64,000 nucleotides of DNA from NCBI GenBank assembly GCA_032249235.1, contig JAVVGF010000004.1, forward strand, positions 64,001-128,000, given 5' to 3'. Made by a program: the position numbers and the translations under genes. The DNA comes from Thermoproteota archaeon. GTDB taxonomy: Archaea > Thermoproteota > Thermoprotei > Gearchaeales > Gearchaeaceae. The notes below the pieces were generated by a model, which was not told the origin of the DNA, did not search any database, and worked only from the letters and a program-made list of their open reading frames with translations. How positions within the stretch are numbered: the first letter of the stretch is position 1; each line of letters begins with the position of its first letter. This document shows positions 56,539-64,000 of the stretch, in pieces.

Positions 56539-57444
56539 ATGGTCTTTTTTAGTTTAGCCTTTGAAGGAGATAAAAACGTTGAAGAATATATCAAGCTTTC
56601 TTCTTTAGCCGATGAGCTTGGCTTTTATAGCTTCCAAATTTATGAACATATTCCTTTCAAACCTGCTCTTCCAATATCTTTCATAATATCAAGGTATACA
56701 AATAGAATAAAAATTGGGGCAGTAACGATACCTGTATTTCTCTATAGACCCATTCAATTAGCTAGATACTTATCTTTATTGCATGAAATAACGAACGGTA
56801 GAGAAATCTTAGCTATTTCAAGAGGAGCATATTATGAACTTATAAATGAACCTGTGAAAAGAAGCATAAATGATGTTGTAAACTTTTTGAAAGAGCTCGA
56901 TGATAGTATGAAAAGAATATTTAAGCTTGAGGCGAAAGCAATAGAGATTTATGTTGGCACGTCAGGTCCTTTGTTGGCTAAGAGAGCAGCAAGTTTAGAA
57001 ATGATAAGCGGAATCGTTGTTGATATGCTTTGGAATCCTGTTTATGCTAGGAAGATGAAAGAAATACTCATGAGCTCTAACAAAAATCGCAAAATTCAGC
57101 TTATCGCTAGACCTTTCACTTTCATTGATGAGAACTCAGATAGAGCAAAATCTAAAATGACTGAGATAGTAAGCTCCTATATTAAAAAACTTGTAGGAAA
57201 TTCGCCTATGCTTGCTTCTGCTAACGTAAAATATGAGGATTTAAGCGATATGAAAGTCATAGAAGAAAAAGTCATACCTAATTTCACTGCTACAGGAACG
57301 ATTGAAGAAGTTCTTGAGCAAACTGCTAAAATGATCGAAGCAGGTGTTGATCATATTTGCTATGGTCATCCTTTAAGCCCAGAACCTCTTAAAACAATTA
57401 AACTTATCAAGGATAAAATAATAAATTATTTTAGTTCATATTAA
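56539..57444 (+). CDS. LLM-family oxidoreductase (Mer-like)
   Basis: ADELGF, TNRIKIG, IYVGTSGP, GVDHICYGHPL. Confidence 0.82.
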   Translation: MVFFSLAFEGDKNVEEYIKLSSLADELGFYSFQIYEHIPFKPALPISFIISRYTNRIKIGAVTIPVFLYRPIQLARYLSLLHEITNGREILAISRGAYYELINEPVKRSINDVVNFLKELDDSMKRIFKLEAKAIEIYVGTSGPLLAKRAASLEMISGIVVDMLWNPVYARKMKEILMSSNKNRKIQLIARPFTFIDENSDRAKSKMTEIVSSYIKKLVGNSPMLASANVKYEDLSDMKVIEEKVIPNFTATGTIEEVLEQTAKMIEAGVDHICYGHPLSPEPLKTIKLIKDKIINYFSSY

Positions 57445-57729
57445 TTTTAAATATGTTTAATGAGTTTCGATAATCATAATTAAATAAATATTATTTATTG
57501 ATAATCTTTTGGTTCAATTTTCCTGTAAATAAAATTCATTTAACTACTATTTCTTTAATTCTCATTCAACAATTTTTAAGATTAATGAAGGATGTGTTTG
57601 TCTTAAATTAAATATTATTTCATTTAGCATTATCTATATGTCTACAATAAGAATGTTCAGAAGAACACTCTAACATACCTAAATGTTTATATCTGGGTAG
57701 TTACATGTTACTTCATAGAGTGTCGACCT

Positions 57730-57960
57730 ATGGGTAGGTATGTTACAGTCTCTGCTAAGATAAGAAGAGAGTTGTTAGATGAAGCTAGGAGGTTCAATAT
57801 AAACATTTCTGAGCTTATTAGGAGCACAATTGAAAATGAAGTTCGTAGGCGCAGATTGATGTTGCTTGAAGAAAAGTTAAAAGGAAAAAAAGAAATCCTT
57901 GATAAGATCAACATTGAAGATATTGTTAGACTTATTCGGGAGGATAGAGAAGCTAAATGA
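57730..57960 (+). CDS. VapB/CcdA-like RHH antitoxin
   Basis: VTVSAKI...INISELIR...VRLIREDRE; ATGA overlap with the PIN toxin. Confidence 0.88.
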   Translation: MGRYVTVSAKIRRELLDEARRFNINISELIRSTIENEVRRRRLMLLEEKLKGKKEILDKINIEDIVRLIREDREAK

Positions 57961-58364
57961 ATAAACCAATATATCTTTTTGATTCATCTAGTTTATTCAA
58001 GGCTCTTAAAGAAATTAAGTTAAAGCCTTTGGGAGGCCAAGCCATACAATGGTTAACAATATATGAAGTTTTAAACGCTATTTGGAAGGAAACTACAATA
58101 CTGCATATACTAAAAGCAGAGGAGGCCATCTCGCTAATTAATGATTTCTTAGGTCTAATTAGTGAAATGATAATACTTGATATACGGGGGTTTGAACATG
58201 ATATCGTTAAGCTAGCAATCACTAAGAGAATGACTATTTACGATGCGTCATATGTAGTGCTATCAACGAAGCATAAGTTGATACTTGTAACAGAGGATAA
58301 GGAGCTTTTAAACAAATCGAGAGATGTGATTCAAGTAATAAGTCTAGATGATATAATGATATAA
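57957..58364 (+). CDS. vapC: VapC PIN-domain toxin
   Basis: YLFDSS, YEVLNAIWK, TIYDASY, LVTEDKEL. Confidence 0.92.
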   Translation: MNKPIYLFDSSSLFKALKEIKLKPLGGQAIQWLTIYEVLNAIWKETTILHILKAEEAISLINDFLGLISEMIILDIRGFEHDIVKLAITKRMTIYDASYVVLSTKHKLILVTEDKELLNKSRDVIQVISLDDIMI

Positions 58365-58669
58365 TATTCACAAAGGTAAATCTCTGCTATTACAACTCAA
58401 AGATTCTTACTTAAAAATATGATTGATTCAGAAATGATTAATTTATATTGAGCAAACTTTCATAATTTATATTAGTGAGTAGCTTTAAAAATTCCGTATC
58501 TTATTTTGAAACAAGTTCTCCAATTCATTAGCAGAAATAGTTAACTTTAAAGAACAATCTTGATTCTTTCAAGACTATAATGATATAATATTCCTTGATT
58601 CGCAATTGATTAGGGAAATGACAAAATACTTTATCAGATTTAAATATGAGTAAGAAGTAATTTCTAAAT

Positions 58670-58927
58670 ATGAATGAGAAAAAAGTAAAACTTTTATTAA
58701 AAGTAGGAACTAAAGGTCAGATTGTACTTAGAAAAAAATTAAGGGAGGCTTTAGGGATAAAGGAAGGAAGTATAATAAAAGTTAGCCTTGAGGATAAGAA
58801 AATAATTATTGAGCCAATTGAATGGGATAAGGAATTGAGTGAAATAAATGAAATTGCCAATGAGGTAGCTAAATATTGGCCTAAAGGATTGAGTGCCGTA
58901 GAAGCTATAAGAGAAGATAGAGAATGA
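58670..58927 (+). CDS. AbrB/MazE-type antitoxin
   Basis: KVGTKGQIVLRKKLREALGIKEG; AVEAIREDRE tail. Confidence 0.92.
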   Translation: MNEKKVKLLLKVGTKGQIVLRKKLREALGIKEGSIIKVSLEDKKIIIEPIEWDKELSEINEIANEVAKYWPKGLSAVEAIREDRE

Positions 58928-59352
58928 TCACCAAGGTTGTTGTTGATTCAAATGTTTTCGTTAGCTTATTTCTTGAAGGCGATATAAATAGAGATAAAGC
59001 TGTTAAGTTTTTTCATAACGTTTTTATAGATAGAAAAACTCAAATATTTATATCTGCAATAACTTTTCCAGAAGTTTGTGGCGTAATAGCTAGAAGAATT
59101 TCCAATAAAGAAATTGTAAGAAGAATAGAATCAAAGATTAATGAATGGATTGAAAGTAAACTGATTATGGTCGAAGAATTGACAAAAGATAGAATAAAAA
59201 TAGCTTGTGATTGTGCTATAGAATTTGGTCTTAAAGGAGCAGATGCTATCATTGTTTCGCTCGTAAAAGAATTAAACATTCCTCTTTTAACTTTTGATGA
59301 AGAAATAAAAAGAAAGGTTAAAAATAAAATTCAATTATTTGAAGAATATTAA
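58924..59352 (+). CDS. vapC: VapC PIN-domain toxin
   Basis: VVVDSNVF, PEV, LKGADAI, LLTFD. Confidence 0.92.
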   Translation: MITKVVVDSNVFVSLFLEGDINRDKAVKFFHNVFIDRKTQIFISAITFPEVCGVIARRISNKEIVRRIESKINEWIESKLIMVEELTKDRIKIACDCAIEFGLKGADAIIVSLVKELNIPLLTFDEEIKRKVKNKIQLFEEY

Positions 59353-59531
59353 ATTAATTCTATAATCTTTTAATTTTAAATAAAACAAAGATTTACTTCT
59401 TTTATTAAGCTTCAAAATGTTTTTCAGTCGCTTTTATATATTTCTCTGCGAATTCGTTCTTTCATTTTGTATATTATTGCAAACGTAATTTAAGAGGGTT
59501 AACTATTTAATAAGTTTAACTTTTTCCTATT

Positions 59532-59773
59532 ATGAACAATCCAAAGAAGTTTGCTTTACGTGTTAGAAAAAAAGGATTATACCTAAAGCACTTAGAATCG
59601 CTGCTGATATTGATGAAGGGAGTTTTCTAATTGCTGAAATTAGAGAAGAAGGTTTAATCTTAAAGTCCTTAACGGTTAGGATAAATCCTGATATCGTTGA
59701 AAAGATTCTATCTGAAGAAAAGCAAATTGAAGAAGGAAAGTTCCTTGAAATTATCAGAGAGCTACATTATTGA
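59532..59773 (+). pseudogene. Frameshifted AbrB-type antitoxin
   Basis: MNNPKKFALRVRKKG, then a frameshift to IPKALRIAADIDEGSFLIAEIREEGLILK... Confidence 0.75.
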
Positions 59774-60189
59774 AACTAGTGTTATTGTAGCTCATATAAT
59801 GAAGATGAACCTGCTAGAGATAAAGTCGTCGAGCTTTTTGAAAAAGCAATTAAAAATAAAGTAAAGCTTCATATTATTTATCAGACATTAAGCGAAGTAA
59901 TTTACATCGCTTCAAGAATATACAATTTGCTGGTGAAAAATGAGTCAAATAAAATAACAATCGAATTAGCTATATGAATAACTAATATAACGAAAATCAT
60001 TGAAATAAATTCTCAAATAGTGTTTAGAGCTGGAGAACTTAGAAAAATTCTTAATATATTACTGATTGTTACATTATAGTTTCGGCTGAGCATTTAAAAA
60101 TGAAAGCTCTTTTTCTCAAACCTGAAAAAGAAATGCTAAAGAATATTGAATTGATAAGAAGATTGACTATTTCGTTTATATTATCTTGA
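59766..60189 (+). pseudogene. Decayed VapC/PIN toxin
   Basis: IIETSVIVAH, TLSEVIY, RAGELRK and TDCYII fragments in different frames; in-frame TGA at 59975; start lost. Confidence 0.75.
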
Positions 60190-60285
60190 TAAAGAAGATA
60201 TTAAAAAATTCTATTAAGCTTTCTCAAAATTAAAGACGAAATAATGAATTATTTTAATTAATACTATTGTTAAATTAGAAATTAA

Positions 60286-61149
60286 CTAAAATTTCTCGTA
60301 TTCTTTTGGTCTATAGTAATAAACAAAGTATAGTGCTATACCTGTAATAAGCCAAACAATTAAGTAATAAAGTATGAAGGGAATCGATCCTATAAGGGCA
60401 TTCAAGCTATTTGATACTGTTGCTTGGATTTTATCAATATAGCTTGTATCGAATGTTTGCAAATATTGATTCGTAGCGTTTAAAGTTTCATTAGTTGATA
60501 GAAAGATGATGAATATTATCGCAAGAAATGCTAAGTTTACAAAAAGCAATGCTAAAACACCAATCACAGAGAAAAAGTAAGGTCTTATATTTCTGAAAAA
60601 TGCTGCATCGAATGCCCAGAGAAGATTCTTCATAAATGCTCTGATTAATATTATTATCAAAGTAATCATAAGCAAAGTTTGAATAGGCAAATAAGAATAT
60701 AGAACTGAAATGCCTTTTAAGCTACTAGTTAAAGCTTCATTTTCATGAAAGATCGTCAAAGGTAATCCTATTAAGAACTCAATTAAAAATAACATCGCGA
60801 AAATGATTGAGAAGATCGTTAATATGATGACTGCTAATTTATAGACTTTGAAGAACTTGAATAAGCTCTTATGTGTTTCTCCATGCTTCTTTTGAATTAA
60901 TTCTACTGCTTCTTTATTGTCAAAAATAGGTTTGATGCTAAGGTTATAGCCTACTATTGCTATTATGAAACCTATCCAGAATAGAACGTTAAATGCAAAT
61001 GATTTTGCGAAATCAATAACTAGATTACCATCATTTCCATTTGCAAACAATTTCAAGTAGTTAGATATGTCATCTAGTATTCCGCTTATTATGATGAGCA
61101 ATATTCCTACCGCAATGATTATTCCTGCATAACCTTTAATCGAAACCAT
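60286..61149 (-). CDS. Hypothetical multi-pass membrane protein
   Basis: About 6 hydrophobic segments, 287 aa. Confidence 0.8.
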   Translation of the reverse strand: MVSIKGYAGIIIAVGILLIIISGILDDISNYLKLFANGNDGNLVIDFAKSFAFNVLFWIGFIIAIVGYNLSIKPIFDNKEAVELIQKKHGETHKSLFKFFKVYKLAVIILTIFSIIFAMLFLIEFLIGLPLTIFHENEALTSSLKGISVLYSYLPIQTLLMITLIIILIRAFMKNLLWAFDAAFFRNIRPYFFSVIGVLALLFVNLAFLAIIFIIFLSTNETLNATNQYLQTFDTSYIDKIQATVSNSLNALIGSIPFILYYLIVWLITGIALYFVYYYRPKEYEKF

Positions 61150-61354
61150 GAATAAAGAAAAATCTACACGTATATATTTTTAAAAATTTTCATAAAGTCT
61201 CGCCATTTATGAGATGCAAGAACTCCTTACATATAAACTTGTCTATAATTCTATGTGTTCTATGGCTAACATGAATTTTTTAATTTGAAAAATAAAACAC
61301 GCAGTCGATTTCCTTAAATAAAAAATATATGAATAAACGTGGATTACTTTGTTT

Positions 61355-61501
61355 ATGAGAAATTTAGATAATGAGATAAAAGAGAAAGAAGAAACGATAA
61401 AAAGTCTGGAAAAACTGTTGGAGGAAATAGAAAAAGATCTTGAGATTATATATAAGCTTGAAGAGGAAGCTGAATTATGCATAAAGAAATTGAAACTTTA
61501 A
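61355..61501 (+). CDS. Small coiled-coil ORF (48 aa), possibly the 5' half of a frameshifted gene
   Basis: MRNLDNEIKEKEETIKSLEKLLEEIEKDLE...; overlaps the next ORF by 25 nt. Confidence 0.4.
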   Translation: MRNLDNEIKEKEETIKSLEKLLEEIEKDLEIIYKLEEEAELCIKKLKL

Positions 61502-61701
61502 GAAAGCTCGCAGAACTTAGTTCCAAAGAGGCTTCATTAAGATTAAAAATCTACGAAAAATTCACGGAAGCAAAGAATGAAGTTATAAGATTGGGAGGAA
61601 TGATTGCATTTTGTGAAAGAATAGACCCTGAGAAAGCTCAAAAATTAAGGAAAACATACTTAATTTTGTTTGAAAAATACGTAGCTAATAAAGAATATTA
61701 A
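61477..61701 (+). CDS. Hypothetical helical protein
   Basis: 74-aa ORF with protein-like composition. Confidence 0.55.
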   Translation: MHKEIETLRKLAELSSKEASLRLKIYEKFTEAKNEVIRLGGMIAFCERIDPEKAQKLRKTYLILFEKYVANKEY

Positions 61702-61857
61702 TCATAAAAAACAATTTTGAGATTGCGAATATCAAAGTCAAAGAATTTCTTCATCTTCTTACTATAAAACCATCCATAAAGAAAAAGTTGAAATAGAAAA
61801 GTTTAATGGAATCCGTACTTTCATTAAGGATATTTGAAAGGTTTTTCTTAATAACTT

Positions 61858-62607
61858 GTGCTAGAATATTCAAAAATCTCTGAATCATATGATGAAGTAT
61901 CAAAGATATATGATGAAGATGTACTATCGAATAAGAATTTTTATTATTTATATCTTGAAGCTTTAAGCTATCTCTTTTCACAGTTCAAAAAAGGAGATAT
62001 TGTTCTCGATTTAGGTTGCGGTACAGGTTTAGAAGCAATACCTTTGGCATTGAAAGGTGTTAAAGTTGTAGGTGTTGATATTTCTCAAGGCATGCTTTCC
62101 AAATTAAAAAGAAAGCTTGAAATTATTAATATAAAGAATGTAGAGATCTATCAAATGCCTATTTCTAATATTTCTAAACTAATTAATATTTATGGAGAAG
62201 AAGTTTTTGATGGAGCATATTCTTTCTTCGGCCCTTTAAACAGTGAACCAAATATATATGCAGTTAATTATGCTTTATACAGATTATTAAAGAAGGGTGC
62301 ATCATTCATACCGATAGTAATTAATAGATGGTGTTTGTACGATCTCTTAACATTTAAGCCTAGGAAAAGATATGGTATATATAAGAAATTTAAAATCAGA
62401 TATTATCAACCTGCTGAATTTATGAATTTATTTAAAAACTTTCATGTAAAAGAAATAAGAGGATTAGGTGTATTTTTACCTCATCGAAATTCAAAAATTA
62501 AAGATAAAAATTTATTAAATTTATTATTTAAAATAGATTCATACATATCAAAGTTATTTCCATTTAATTATTTAGGAACGGATTTTTTAATTAAGTTTAT
62601 TAAATGA
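61858..62607 (+). CDS. Class I SAM-dependent methyltransferase
   Basis: VLDLGCGTG, GVDISQGML, FDGAYS. Confidence 0.92.
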   Translation: MLEYSKISESYDEVSKIYDEDVLSNKNFYYLYLEALSYLFSQFKKGDIVLDLGCGTGLEAIPLALKGVKVVGVDISQGMLSKLKRKLEIINIKNVEIYQMPISNISKLINIYGEEVFDGAYSFFGPLNSEPNIYAVNYALYRLLKKGASFIPIVINRWCLYDLLTFKPRKRYGIYKKFKIRYYQPAEFMNLFKNFHVKEIRGLGVFLPHRNSKIKDKNLLNLLFKIDSYISKLFPFNYLGTDFLIKFIK

Positions 62608-63020
62608 AACTCATGTATTTTGTTCATCTCGTAGTTGAACTTAGGAATTTTAAATTAACCTTTGCATTTGAAAAAGTTAAAATATTTGATGACTTTCTGT
62701 ATGTTGAAATAAAGTATCTCAGAAAAATGGAAAAGCATTTTATAAAATCAAAGAATCGGTTCCTTCAAGGTATTGTTCAATTGAATGGAAAGTATTTTTA
62801 TTATGATGGATATTCTCCTTATTGGATATCCAGTCTATCTAAAAGCGTTAAAATATATCATCAAACATTTAATAGGCTGATCGGCACCATCTATTATATA
62901 TTTGATGAGCCTGTAAGAGGAATATTCATATTTAATAAAAAATACGAAGAATTGTTTTGTATACGTGTACTGGACTATGGAAAAACTAAAAATTTTAAGG
63001 TAATATTGAGAGTAAAATGA
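62604..63020 (+). CDS. Hypothetical protein
   Basis: 138-aa ORF coupled to the methyltransferase; aromatic and beta-rich. Confidence 0.6.
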   Translation: MKLMYFVHLVVELRNFKLTFAFEKVKIFDDFLYVEIKYLRKMEKHFIKSKNRFLQGIVQLNGKYFYYDGYSPYWISSLSKSVKIYHQTFNRLIGTIYYIFDEPVRGIFIFNKKYEELFCIRVLDYGKTKNFKVILRVK

Positions 63021-63310
63021 ACAGCGTTGTAATTCTAATTTTAATTATAATAGGTTCGAAAACTAGGCAACTATTTTGTAAGATATGTTGAAAGTGCCAA
63101 AATATCAAATTTCCTGTTGATGTTTATTTAATTAATACTACATCTACAGATAAAAATGGAGGGATTATAGAAAAATTTGATGTCGATCTAATTTTACATA
63201 AGAAGAATTACGGATACGTAGTTGTTTTAATTTAGCTACTAAAAAATTATTTTGAATATAAAAGATATGACTAGCCAGTGCTTATGAATAACGATTATAA
63301 TTACATACTT
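63017..63310 (+). pseudogene. Glycosyltransferase family 2 remnant
   Basis: Fragments NYNR, VDVYLINTTSTD...IIEKFDV...KKNYGY and YD*PVLMNND follow the GT2 N-terminal motif order, with stops and frameshifts. Confidence 0.55.
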
Positions 63311-63380
63311 TATTATACAATAAACTAATATTATTCTTGATATTTTCCATCTTCTTCATGAAAAACAAAGATGTTAGAGT

Positions 63381-64000
63381 TCAATTCTTTGAAGTTCCTT
63401 TTTTCTTAATTTCTAACTCTAAACTATTAACATATTCTTCTACTTCTTTAACCCATTTCTGAAATTCATCTTTAACTTTATCCTTAGGATAATTTCCATT
63501 ATAAAAATAATTTATATGAAGCGTATTGATAAACTCGTTGAAATTCCTTCTATAAGGTTCCGGTAATTCTTTTTTAATGAAACCCCATTTGCTTATTTCT
63601 GTTGAGAGATAAACCATTGAAGCTATTCTAGCTGCATGAAAGAGGGCATCAAAAGCTTCTCTGCAAAGTCTATCTTTATCAAGAGGATCTTCTGTTTCTA
63701 ATGCAAGTTTCAAAAGCGAGCTTGCTATTCTCAATGAAGATTTGGCTTCCTCGAATGTCGGATCTCCTAGATCTTTAGCATATCTGAGCAAGTATTCGCC
63801 ACTCCCATATAGAATCTTAAAGGCACCTAAGATTCCTATTAATAGTTCCTTTCTAGGTTTCTCGTTAATGTTGAATACCAGAATATCAACATTGATGGAT
63901 GCATTTTCAGGATTTACAATATCAAAGTATTTTTCATATTCTTTAGCTTTCTTAGTTATTACAAGGAGGTCTATATCTTTAGAGTATTCTGGGGCATAAA
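63381..64000 (-). CDS. MNT (nucleotidyltransferase)-HEPN fusion protein, 5' end outside window
   Basis: The frame is open to the window edge. SKDIDLLVI...VDILVF (MNT) continues in frame into the HEPN-like EAFDALFHAARIA...LHINYFY domain. Confidence 0.75.
   Translation of the reverse strand, partial: YAPEYSKDIDLLVITKKAKEYEKYFDIVNPENASINVDILVFNINEKPRKELLIGILGAFKILYGSGEYLLRYAKDLGDPTFEEAKSSLRIASSLLKLALETEDPLDKDRLCREAFDALFHAARIASMVYLSTEISKWGFIKKELPEPYRRNFNEFINTLHINYFYNGNYPKDKVKDEFQKWVKEVEEYVNSLELEIKKKGTSKN

Noticed and set aside
57445-57729. AT-rich palindromes upstream of the first TA pair
   Set aside because: Expected by chance at this AT content; the one mixed-base inverted repeat is imperfect and unsupported.
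63742-63999. 85-aa plus-strand ORF
   Set aside because: Antisense shadow of the MNT domain on the minus strand.
1-64000. Numerous 60-130 aa ORFs antisense to or nested in core genes; CRISPR arrays, rRNA, transposases, Sec/Pyl recoding
   Set aside because: The shadow ORFs lack motifs. No repeat-spacer arrays, rRNA, IS ends or convincing in-frame recoded stops were seen by eye.

Overview
AT-rich, very gene-dense archaeal chromosome segment. The gene content, the cbf5 intron and a non-canonical tRNA intron point to a TACK/Thermoproteota-type lineage (inference). Positions 1-49.9 kb are mostly core genes: the end of the spc ribosomal cluster with secY, cbf5, rps13/4/11, pheST, dnaG, pelota, SRP RNA, TFE/MBF1, ABCE1, FBP aldolase/phosphatase, the csl4-rpoL-tfs-PCNA-priL-priS-GINS-rpl44e-rps27e-aIF2a cluster, aglB, carS, deoxyhypusine synthase, a 2-oxoacid/acetoin dehydrogenase cluster and six tRNAs. 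Positions 50-64 kb are accessory: a bacterial-type GH13 glgB, LLM oxidoreductases, MsrB, two intact and one decayed VapBC pair, a GT2 remnant and an MNT-HEPN fusion. Elements the ORF track misses: a 14-nt BHB intron in the catalytic Asp codon of cbf5, an inverted nop10, a 25-aa (EEF)n acidic micro-ORF with its own promoter and terminator, and a K-turn RNA upstream of dnaG. The most promising under-described candidates are an OSTC/DC2-like membrane protein beside aglB, a membrane-tethered wHTH gene with operator repeats and a Met/His-rich peptide, the acidic micropeptide, and the K-turn RNA. All family assignments are by eye from motifs and synteny; no database searches were run.
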